From NCBI GenBank assembly GCA_000934665.2, contig JYFJ02004406.1, positions 1 to 32,352 of the forward strand: a DNA stretch of 32,352 nucleotides, read 5' to 3'. The position numbers and the translations under genes were made by a program. The stretch comes from Catajapyx aquilonaris. Lineage: Eukaryota. Position 1 is the first letter of the stretch. Each line of letters starts with the position of its first letter. Of the stretch, positions 11,411 through 23,926 are shown piece by piece. A model generated the notes under the pieces. That model had not been told where the DNA came from. It saw only the letters and a list, made by a program, of their open reading frames with translations, and did not search any database.

Positions 11411-11461
11411 CCACTAATGAGCTTCATAGCATGATCGCTTTTCCAACCCGGTTTTTCTAGG

Positions 11462-14400
11462 ATGCGTGTGGTTTGGAAGTTGAGTTCGTGGCCCTTTTTG
11501 GTTGTTCATAAACGATGGGTGTCCGGCTTGCAAAAAGCATGGAAGCAAGTAGAGGGTGTGGATGGGGAAAAGATCCGAAACATCGGCGTGATCGCACACA
11601 TCGATGCCGGCAAGACTACTACCACCGAAAGGATGCTGTTCTACTCTGGGATGATCAGTTATGTCGGGGAAGTACACAAGGGGGACACTGTCACCGACTA
11701 CATGGAGCAAGAGAGGACCAGAGGTATACACGGGGAAACTCCTATTTATTGCAGTTGTTTTGTCGTAACAGATAACATTTAGAATGGGACTTAAAGTTAC
11801 TTTTACATCTTTTGCAAGGCATCACCATAACATCTGCAGCAGTGACATTTCCCTGGCAGCATCACCGCCTAAACCTGGTTGATACTCCTGGCCATGTTGA
11901 CTTTGGGGTGGAAGTTGAGCGCTCTCTTCGTGTGCTAGATGGAGCTATTTGTGTAATGGATGCTTCGGCTGGTGTTCAGGCACAAACCAAAGCAGTCTGG
12001 AGGCAGTCTGAAAAGCATGAAGTCCCCAAACTTATTTTCTTGAATAAGATGGATAAGGAAGGAGCCTCTTTGGAAAAGTGCCTGAGATCTGTTGTTGGAG
12101 AATTGGGAGAAGTGAGGCCTCTGGTGACACAGTTTCCTATTGGGGAAGGAAAAGAGCACAGAGGTGTAGTGCAGCTTGAGAATCTTACTGCGCACAGGTG
12201 GGATCTAAGTGATGGTAGTTTTGGAAAGAAGATTGCGAGTCGACCTCTTTGCCAGGTTTGGAAATTTGTTCTATACACAAATCATCCAAAATGATATTTC
12301 TGACTTAATGGTTGTGTTCTTCTGAAGCAATCTTTCAAAGGGAAACTTTTGACCTTTCAATCAGAATTTATGAAAGTTTATTGACCATGGCTCTCTTAGG
12401 GAGGGCATAATATGATCCCACTGCCCGCCTGCAGGGCCTTTTCAGCCCATTGTCTAGCTGTAGAGTGCACTTTGAGGATCACTACTCTATATTGAATGTG
12501 TATAGATGAGTTCAGCTGCATTTCATGAATTGACATTTTCTGTGACAATATAAAAAAATTATATTCTAGGGCAGTAATTGATGAAAGTAACAAGTTTGAT
12601 TCTATTACTCATATGTTTATTTAACTTATGGTGCAGGCGTATTTGAGAACCAAGCCATTGAAAAGATTGATCCTGTAGTTATTTTTCTACCTGAAAATGA
12701 TGCCCTAACAATGATAACTTTTTCTAGGAAGATGGTGACGTATGGCTTCATGCTCTATCAGCCAGACAACATTTAGTTGAGTCAGTTACTGATGTTGATG
12801 ATGCTTTGGCTGATGTGGTTCTCACCCGAGAGAGCTTGAGTGACATCACTGCCCCTGAACTGACTGCTGCCATTCGGCGAGTTACCCTTTCTCGATCAGG
12901 GGTTCCCACCCTGGTTGGAAGTGCCTACAAGAATGTGGGTGTCCAACCATTGATGGATGCTGTTGTTGCTTATCTCCCTTCACCATTAGACAGACCACAT
13001 GCATTTGCCCAGTTTTACAGAAATAACCTCTGTGCCTTGGTATTCAAGGTTTTGTTTCACAAGCACATGGGAGCTCTGACTTTTCTAAGGATCTTCTCTG
13101 GGAGTCTTCACAGTGTGAGAGATCACATAATCATATCAGAGGGTGGAAAGTTTTGATGTGATATTGTATTGTTGCAGGGTCAGAAAGTGTACAATGTGAA
13201 CAGGCAGAAAGGAGAGAAGTTGGGGAAGCTTATGGTTGCCTTTGCTGATGAATTTCAAGATGTGGATCAAATCAATTCAGGGAATATTGCTGTTGTCACA
13301 GGACTCAAGGTGAGGAATGGTGACTTTTTCAATGCAGTTAACATTGGCCATAAAAGGAAGCATTCAAGTGTTTTAAATCCTGTCAATGTGCAACTTACAT
13401 GACGTCTCTAACACTATGTTTCATGGTTGGGATTGATAAATGATGGGACCAAAATACTTACTTCAGATAAGCTCACCTTTCTTCTCACAAGCAAACCATG
13501 TATCATAAAATTCCCTATACGTATGTCTGTGCACACGATTGGCTGGTGGGAAGAACAGAGTGGTACTTCCACTTGAAGGAATGTGCACATGGAGTAATAT
13601 GACCTGTGCTACAAGCACTACAGTGGTGCCCTAATGGTAGCCACTATTTCCCCTTTTGAGCATCACATATTTGCTCTGGCTCTGAACCTGCATCTATCAC
13701 TGGGGAGGTCATGGCAATACTCACTTATTCAGCACTGGTGAGCACATGTGGTATCTGGACCAATCTAACAATACTTGTGGTGAGTTGCAATATCATTTTA
13801 AAGCTTTAAACAGGTCGAACATAGAGTCCGTGGGGGTAATATGCCTGCATTGATTGCCTAGGGATATGGGCATGAAATCATTACTGAGGGGATTTTGTGT
13901 GGTCACCTCTTTTGCAGTAATAATTATCATGCTCAAGTTCTGCTCCCTGGGCAAGAACTGCAGGTAAGTGGGTGTATCTCTAAGCCAGGGGTTCCCAACC
14001 TTTTCCAGGTCATGACCCCCTTGTCAAGTAACCTGCGACGACCCCCCCCCCCCCCCACCCAATACATATTTTACTTATTTTGGGCCAATGAGTATGTTGG
14101 TGGTCAGAAGACATACTACACTAGTAACAAACACCCTGTACACATAGCTGTAGGGATAGGCTTCTCCACACTTGCATCTTCATTACTCTCTGCATCAGCT
14201 GCCTTTCCAATTCATGTGCATAGTTTCACTTCTAGAAGGTTGTGGCTCTAAAACAGTGGTTCCCAACCCTAGGGTCGCGACCAAAAATTGGGTCGCCACT
14301 CGCCAACATGTTTTTAAGGGTCGCGGGGAAGACTAGGAAAAAAAGAATACAAATTTTAAAACGAGAAGAAAAAATATGGCAAAGAAGGAAAATTTTGGGG

Positions 14401-17400
14401 GGGAATTCATCTCAAATCTACATAAGCATTGCATTGTAGCTGGTTGCAACATTTTGGTAATAAATTATTTTTGGGAAAAATCGAAATTGTGCCGGGTGGC
14501 CATATGGGTCGTCAGGTCGAGAAAAGGTTGTAGATATGGTTGTGATGAAAAAGATTGGGAACCACTGCTCTAAAATATTGTTAATATGAACTTGAACAAT
14601 TTTATGTTGCTTGATCCTGACAATATTTTAGAGCCACAATCCTTTAGTGAAAAGTGAATAGAAGTGAAATTATGTAGGCTTAACCTGAACTAGGAGGGTA
14701 TGTGATGCAAGTAGTACAGAAGTTGCATGTTGAAGGCTATCTCTCTTTGCATTAATTTGACCAATTGTATGCTTGAAAATGGCAATTGCCATTTGGCATC
14801 ACTCCTGCACGACTAGTCCTGCTGCTGCTTATGCTCAGGAGTGCTGCATAGGTGAGAATTGCTGTGATCTATCCATTTCTAGCTGAAGGTTTAGATATAC
14901 AGGAGAACACTGTATTAAATGGGAATATAGTGGACACCATTATGGAACCACTATAGTGCCTACATTTATTAGTAAGTATTTTGAACTTGTCATGTATTGA
15001 TTCAATCTAGGAAATACAGTATAATTTTATTGATATTAAATTATGAGTAATGTGTTGTATAACCCTTCCTTATACTAAGACAAAAGTTTTTTAGTTTTAC
15101 CAAAAATTTGAAGAAGCTCCAAATGTGTGCACTGATTTAGCACTACAACTTGCAAATGATTTAATGCTACACTCTGATACCATGTAATATATGTATTGTT
15201 GCACCTTGTGCAGATTATGCACTTGATTCTTGTGGACTAACACTGGCAATTTGGGAGAAGCAGGCCTGCAACCCTTTTCAAAGTGATAGGTCGGGTATAA
15301 ATGGGGGAAATTTGGAGTAACTTGTTGCCCACGCAAGAAACCTGGACACAAACAGTGTGTGTGCCAAGAGGCACCACTCGCTAGTTGACCGGTTTCTTTC
15401 ATGCAAGAAATTTGGGGGGCTCCAAGTTGCCCATTTGCAGTTGGCCTTACAGATCACGTGAAGTGGTACTTTTGGATAAACTATTGTTTATCCGCACCTC
15501 AACAACACCGTCGGTGTTAGGCGGGCGGGGGGCCTCCCGACGGTTGGCAACGTTGCGTCACAAACAATCAGGTACCTATTGATACTGCTGCATGGTTACA
15601 TGGAACTGTGCTTTATTATTCTTTTCGGGCTTTCGGGGATTCAATTCGGGATTTTGAGGTGAATAAGTGGATGGAATAGCCCTGGTGTTGCTGCATGGCT
15701 TTTTGTTACTGCAACAGTACTGTACATTGTTGTGGCCCTGCCAGGCACAGTACGTCGCCCGTGCGTGATATCTTTAGTTTTTGCGGAGCGAAAGCGGAGC
15801 TGGGCGCTTATTGTGGGTTTCTGTATCCGCAACATTTACTGTCCATCTTGTGGCGCCGAAGGCCAACGAACGTTATTGTGGCTTTGCCAAGCGCGAAGTA
15901 CACCTTCACACAGTCCGTTAAACCAACGAACTACATGACTCCAAGTTCCGCCCGCCTCCACCCGGCTCTCCCCTCCAATCATGCCCACGACTCACACTGC
16001 AGGCATACTACTGCACACGCTCAGAAAACACGGCTGGTGTGACATCATGTCGTTCTTTGGGTTAACGGACTGCAGCAACCATCATGGCTTTAATATTTCC
16101 CACCTCCTTCATTAATACTGTGGTCGTAGCACTCGTCTGATCGGTTCTCGTGGCAGGGATAAGAAGACGCCCTTTGTTGTGCATGCTCTCCCGGCAACCG
16201 GTTGTTTGCGACGCGTAGCCAACATATGTTTGGAGCCCACGACGCCCTCCCAACCCCACCGCGTCGCTAGGTGCGGATAAACAATAGACTTTCCGTACTT
16301 TTGTGGGAAACTTGTGGGATTAGGATAGAGGAGGGCAGCCAGCAAGGACTGACTGGAAAGTGACATTGATGTGGGAAAACAGAATAGCTCTAGCACAGGG
16401 CTGTCTTTATGCCAGTGCTGCCCAAACTGTGGGTCACAACCCCATTTGGGGTCGCAAACATAATATTTGGGGTCGCAAGGGAGGGTTACAAATTATTTTT
16501 ACAAAATGATTATCTTTCTCTGGAAAAAATATGCCCATAAACCAGATGATGTGTTAATTTAGCAATTATTGTCACTGACTACCACTAACCGGGGGGTAAG
16601 GTTGAATTGAAAGTGGGGGTCGCAAATATTACGGGACGATTTCTGGGGTTGCCAATGAAAAAGATTGGGAAGCACTACTTTATGCTATGATAATAATATA
16701 GGGATGGTTCTGCATAGCAGTGGAAATTCCTGCCTCTACATTACGGCCTTGAGTGGAATAATTTTTTAGTATTTAAAGCACATGTTCTCACTGGTGAGAA
16801 TTCTCATTGTGATTAGCATTGTGTTGAAGCATAATGAGTGCTAAACTTTATGTCACAACTGCTTTTTACAGGAGACAATAACAGGTGATACTATTACTTC
16901 TTCTGCATCGATTGCATCTGCTGCTCAAAAGGCCATGGAACAGGATGGGAAAAGCAGACCTGTACTGGCAGGAATTGAAGTCCCACAGCCAGTCTTTTTT
17001 TGTTCTATTGAGCCATCTTCTCTTGTAAGCATGCAGTCTTCCCTTTGAGGAAACATTGGATTTGTATCTCCTACTTTATGCTTAACCCCTTCGCTACCAG
17101 CTAGGCCGAAGATGCCTAGATTTTCACTTACGCATACTCGGAAGGCATGGACAAGATATTTTGCAAATAATAACAGCTATAGTTACCCTTTCATGGGAAA
17201 CACTTTGAATGCATTTGGAAAAATTTTCCTCGTCTTGAAGTCCCTAAATAAATTTCCGAAAAGAACGCTGCAGAGTAGCTATACCTCCAGTGCCTAGATT
17301 TTCGCTTGCACTTACTCTGAAGATAACGACAAGATATTTTACAAATAATATCAGCTATACTTACATGTTCATGCAAAACACTATGCGTGTGTTGGAAACA

Positions 17401-20400
17401 ATTTTACTCCTCTAGTAGTCTCGATTTTTTTTTCTTCAAAAAGATAGCTGTAACCAGCTGTTAGGCCATTGCCTAGATTTTCTCTTGCACGTACTCTTAA
17501 GGTAAAACAAGATATTTTACAAATAATAACAATATACTTACATGTCCATGCTCTGCACTATGAATGTGGTTGGAACAATTTTCCTAATCTGGAAGTTCTT
17601 AAATTAATTTTCAAAAATATCGCTGTAAAAACTCAAAATTCCACTACTACTACTACTACTGTTACGCTGATTTAATTATGAAATACATTGAAACATACGG
17701 AACATAATCTTTGAGAACCGTGCCAGACGAATTTGCTGAAATCGTCATACTTCGCGAGAAATAAATAAATTTGGGAGTTTTCCGAAGTGCCAGAAAGCTG
17801 CAGATAAGAATTAATTTAATTCTTGTGAAGTGTGACGATTTCAGCAAATTCGTCTGGCACAGTTTTCAAGGTTGTTAATCCGTCTGTTTTAGTGTATTTC
17901 ATAATTAAATCAGCTTAACAGTTGGCCAGTAGTACTGAAATGTTCAGTTTTTACAGCGATATTTTTGAAAATTAATTTAGGAACTTCCAGATGAGGGAAA
18001 TTGTTCCAACTACATTCATAGTGCAGAGGATGGACCTATAGGTATACCTGTTATTATATGTAAAATATCTTGTTTTTATCTTCTGAGTATGTGCAAGAGA
18101 AAATCGAGGCGATGGCCTAATAGCTGACCAGTTAGTACTTGAATTTCAAGCTTTTACGGTTGTCTTTTTGAAAATTTATTTAGGGACTTCTAGACGAGGA
18201 AAATTCTTCCAAACGCATTCATAGTGTTTTCCATGAACAGGTAAATATAGCTGTTATTATTTGCAAAATATCTTGCCTGTATCTTCAGAGTACATATAAG
18301 TGAAAATCTAGGCGTTTTTGGCCTAGCTGGTAGCGAAGGGGTTAACACAGCGAAACCTGTCTGTACTGGAGTCTCTCCAGTCTGAAAAGTATTCCATACC
18401 AAGCAGTTTTGTAGTACCTATGCCAAAAATTTACTGAAATGTCATGCTCTGGGACCAAAGAAAAATTTGCATAATGGAAAACTTTCTGTGGAATTCATTT
18501 TCCGTTACATACAGATTTAACTGTTCTGTGAAAGGGAAATGAATTGAAATTATGAATACTATAACAATGTGTATTGAAATTCTCCCACATGAGTATTTAA
18601 TGAAGGAAATTATTGGTAGGCATACCAGAAGCCTTTGGAAACTGCCCTATCTCAACTCGAGCGTGAGGACCCAAGCTTGCATGTTAAATCTGATGCTGAT
18701 ACTGGCCAAACAGTGCTGATGGGAATGGGTCAGCTCCACCTGGGTGTGATCCAGGAGAGAATTCGCAAAGAATTTCGGGTTGAGGTTGACCTTGGGCCAC
18801 TCCAAGTCGCCTACAGAGAGAGATTAGTCAACTCCAAGCAGGCCACCTACACACTGGACAAAAGGGTGGGTGATAGTCGCCACTGGGTTAAGATCAGCCT
18901 GGATGCCATTCCTGATCTTGGAGCTTCCCTTGGACTTGCCCCAGTACTCAAAATGCACAACACAAAGGAGAACAGGGAGAATTTAGCCAATGTCAGGCCA
19001 GCACACCTCAAAGCAATTCAGCATGGAATTGAGTCAGCCATCACTTCCGGGCCACTCCTGCGATATCCAGTAAGCTGAATTTAAATTACTTCATATTTTA
19101 AATGTCGTAAGTTGTGGTGTTTTGATCGACTCTGGCATTATTGCCCTAAATTATTGCATTGGGTAAGGGGACAGAATTAAAGTACCGTAACATTTTGGGT
19201 CAGGATTGCTGCAAGAAATTGGCTGGACTGTACATGATATGCAGTACAATAGAAGAAGATTGAGCTGTTTATGTTACAAAATGTGACAAAATGGGATAGG
19301 GTGAAGTGGGGGAAGTGCACACCCGGGGTAAGTGCACATCCCCCACTTCACCCTAACGTCATATCATCGAGACACCCTCCTTCCTTGTCACCACTATTGC
19401 ATAATGACCTAATGAATTGGTTGGAACAAAAGAAATTTTTTGTATTTTAAAACACTGAATCCATAATACAATGGACAGTACGTCACTTTGTAGCTCTGCC
19501 TGAACTTTATCTGATGTAATTTAAAACGTTGCAGATATAGCAAAAGATGTCCAAAAACACAAAAGGAATGAGTTGATGCCCCTCCTCCCCATCCCTCATT
19601 TCCATTAACAAAGTAACTAATACATAATCACTCAAAGACAAATCCATACCCTAAAAACAATGAACATGTTAACAAAAACAACAAAACTGGTACCATCCAT
19701 CACAACTAATCCAACAACTAATAAAACAAATAGGAGTCAGTATATTAATACAAAAACCAAACACTTTAGCATGGAGGACACAAAAATGCTCGCAATTATT
19801 GACCTTATCTCAAAGGAGGCCTCTGTGTGATTACCAAGGTTGTGCATGACTTTTCTTCACTGATGGTGAAGTTGTTGAATGCTTAATCTTGAGATGGTGG
19901 CTGATACTAACCTGAGGTGAAGCACTTTACACTGCATTAGCTGTTTCATATGAAGAAAGAAGTCAAGAAAAAAAAAGGTATTTGAGTACCTCTATTGAGG
20001 TAAGATCAATGACTAATGGTGTTCTCATGTTTTACATTACGGCAGTTCCATATTACTTAAGGCAGTGGCATACAGGGATGCCTTGCTCGTATTTTGTTTT
20101 CAGCATTTGTTACTGAGTTTGCATTGTCTCTTTATAACATCAGGTAGATCTCAGGCAGAATAACAAAGTAACATGCTTGTGGTATTACTCACCATAAAGG
20201 TTCAGAAATGTGAATAACATACAGACAGTCTCCAACATACTAGGCATTCCACGTCAAGCGGAACACTCTCCCAACAAATTTTATCTGATTTTGAACAAAT
20301 TCGAGTATGTTGGGGTGCTCATACATGTATGTCCGTAACCAAATTTGTTTGGCTCTACAATGCGTAGTTGAACAACTACAGGGTGTGACATCTGCCAATT

Positions 20401-20767
20401 TTCGTGCCCTTTTCTCTGTCCGGTGTCACTTAGATGGTCATATCTCCTAGAAGGTCAGGTCAAATATAACATTTGATATGTGCATTTGAACCGAAGCAAT
20501 GGTGGCTGAGGGGATATGGTATCCGACTGCTAATCGGGAGGTCCTGGGTTCGAATCCCGGTGCCGGCAACTCTAACCGTGGTTTTCTGTGGTTTCCCACG
20601 GCTCCTCCAGGACAATTCCGGAGTTGTTTCCTAAACTAATAGGGCACAGCCGCCCCCTTCCTTTCCTATCCTATCCCAAAAAGCGCAGTAAAAAACGAAC
20701 CGAAGAGTTCCAGTCAAAAAATATGTATATCCCCCCTAAAGAGCCGCCGGCTGATAACGGGGTATGA

Positions 20768-20798
<31 letters not shown>

Positions 20799-22228
20799 GT
20801 GCATTTGAAGGGTAATTTTACGCTCTATGAGATGGCCATGTTCATTTTTAAGAAATCAAAAAATTTATAGTCAAAAATGGCGCTCAAAACATTGATTTTG
20901 ATAGTGATCATTAATCGACCCCTACGATGTCTTTTGAATGGCAAGGACAATGTATACTGGACATTTCTGAGGCATTTGGATGCGGTTGAGCTACAGTCTG
21001 GAGCTGACTCCGGCAACCAGCAATACAGGCATGCACGGGGGTATCCATACTTGCAAAGATGGACAAGCGTTGATGTCAATGGTCGACATCTCCAAAGCGG
21101 ATAATCGCTGGCCCTTCGGACCCATTCCTGTCTTCTTCCATATGCACACCCTACCACCCGTTGAAAATCCTGTTTGTAAATTTAAACATTTTGCCACCCA
21201 ATCCTTCTTCCTGCCCCCTGAGAAGTACCCTTAACTTGCATAATTGACCATTTCTGGCTCTGCCATTATATTCCCCATCCCAAGAAACTTTTAAGTACCA
21301 AAAAGCTCGCCGATAGCACTGTTGATAGCCTCCTTAGGGCCTTTCATAAAGTGTTCAATTTTTTTACCTTTTGACCCCCGTATCTTAAAAATGCTTGAGA
21401 TTGAGGATTTCCCTGGAAGGGTACTTTATTTCTAGCAGATAAGGGACCCCAAAAAATTATTTGAACATCAAATTCGCGTAACACTTCGTGAGGTTCCTTG
21501 TCACTTTACATAAGATAGACATTTGTGCCCAGCCTCTGGCCGTCACAGGGAATCCCTTCCTGCATGCAATGGCCTGAGTTGGATATGACTGATTCCAGTA
21601 TTGATGTATATGGTACAGTAGCATATACTGTCTAATTTTTAAAATGTTCCGTTATGTAAAATTCAACATAAGCTTGTAATGTTGTGGAACGATCCACTTG
21701 CATAAGAGTAGGGGACTGGCTGTATTCTGCAAAGATATTTGTTCCAACCTTCTTAGTATAGGCCAGGGCAATGGGAAGTGAGAGGGATGTCGTACCTCAT
21801 TTGTTTCCTGACACCCTTGTTATGTTCATATCATTTTAAAATTATATTGGATAGAATATGAGCAGAGCTACAAAACGACATACTGTTTGTTACTGTAAAG
21901 ATTTAAGTGTTTGAATAAAAAGTATGAGCAATAACTTCAGTTCCACCTCATGTATATCTAGGACTCTAAGTGTTAACTGGGATCAGTGATTATCTGATGT
22001 GACTTTCCTTTGCACACTTGCTGCAGGTGATACAGGTGGAGGCCCAGCTGCACTGGTTAGAGGTGAAGCATGGAACGTCTGATGCCATGATATCTTCTGC
22101 AGCTGCCAAGTGTTTCTCTCAGGTAGAGTATGAGAGTGATTGGTGATGGGTGACATGTGCTGGTTTGGGATACTTACATTTTCTTGTGAATGTTATGAAT
22201 GATTTTTATAATATATATATATTTTTAA

Positions 22229-22260
<32 letters not shown>

Positions 22261-23881
22261 TGTGTTCATGTCTTCAATAAGGTCTGGGGACGTAGGTCTG
22301 GGTTTCTACTGAAGCTGTGGGGACTAGTCCGCATTGTGGGGACATTTCTCGGTCCCCACAGTGTTTCACACACACTGTGTACTATTAGAGTGGGGACATG
22401 TGTAAATTAGTGGGGACATGTCCCCGCTATTTTCAGTTGTAGGGTTTCACAAAAGTCAATTTTTCTCAGCCTAGGTTACTTAGTTAGTGTAGGTTAGGGT
22501 AGGGTAGGTTAGGTTAGGTTAGGTTACACTCGCTTCGAAAAGTTGAATTTTCACGTCCCCACGCCTTAGTGAAGACAAGGCTGTATGTGTGTGTGTGTGT
22601 TTTATGTGCCTGCAAGGTTTTTCTGGAGACCAGTAGATGTAGGGTAAGTTGGGGTAAGTGCAAATGGGATTATTTAGATTAGTTGCAGTTTAAAGGCTTG
22701 CTACTTCCGCAGTAATTAGCAAGTGAGAAAAAAAGTAATGGACAATATACCTTACCTTATTGACTTTCAAAGTGGCCTATTGCATGACATTCATCTACAG
22801 TATGTGGCTGCTCTGAAAAATAATTAAAATATGAACGTGGTGCGCAGTGCAGCACTTGCCCCGCGATGTGGGGTAAGTGCGATTGTGGAACTCCCTCACA
22901 GTAATAAAAAATTTTCAGGTTGCATAGGACTAGTGCCACAAAGAGACAACTTCCACTATCAATCTGTATATTCTGCATAAAAAAATACCAAGACATTCTT
23001 ACAGGACAAACTTTTATTCACTGCTCCACAACAGGTTGGCTAACAGTACCGGCATTATCACCAGTGTTTGAAATTAGTCTGTCGCTAGTCCGGAATATCA
23101 ACTGGTGACCACAAAAATATTTCTTGTCACCTATTTTGGCGACCTCTAGCGTTACCCTCCCAATGTTGCATTTATGTCAATATACGCGTATTAATTGGGT
23201 ATGCACTTGCCCCTGATGATGTCTAGTTAGGGGCAAGTGCGACCCCCTTTTTAAAAACCAGCCTGATTATGATACCCAAATGGAACAACACCAGGGTGAT
23301 AGTATACCTTAACCTCTTACTGGAGCGGTTGTACAGTACCCTGCATTAATGGCCATGCACAGACATCGCCATCTGTCCAAGAACGAGCGGAATGAGGCGC
23401 CGGTGGACTGCGTCCAAAATACTTGGACAGCTCAAGATATCGCGGTTGATTCAAACGCTTGCTACAAAGATGGATCACAGCGGATCACAGATATATCTGT
23501 GGGATGAATATTATAAGGCCATTGCGATTCCTATCAATGTATTGAGGTTGTGAACCAGTTATTACACGTACCACGTGAATGCCTGTTAATCCACCGTGAT
23601 GTCTTTAGCAGCCTTGAGCGGACTCGTGAGAAGCCTTGAGCTGTCCCAAATATTTTGGACGCAGCCAACTTCATCTACTTCCACTCTTTCCCGGTAGATG
23701 GCAGTGTCTGTGCATGGCCATTAATGCAGGGTACTGTATATACAGCATGATATACAAGACTCCTCAGATTTTCTGCAAAAGAAACTTACCTACTTGCCAG
23801 AGAAGTTAAAACACCATTTTGAACTTGGTCGTCATTTATTTGTCAATGTGATGAAAGGGAGAAGATCGTGCTACTTTTATA

Positions 23882-23926
<45 letters not shown>

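Noticed and set aside
20491..20565. tRNA genes (also ~24140-24211 and ~30224-30297)
   Set aside because: A/B boxes are present but the acceptor stem is not intact, and each continues into a shared SINE body with tail and TSD
20825..21234. Transposase fragment among four short overlapping ORFs
   Set aside because: No DDE, HTH or zinc-finger motif recognisable in any listed frame
22490..22526. True telomere
   Set aside because: Only a few TTAGG units, internal to an intronic TIR element
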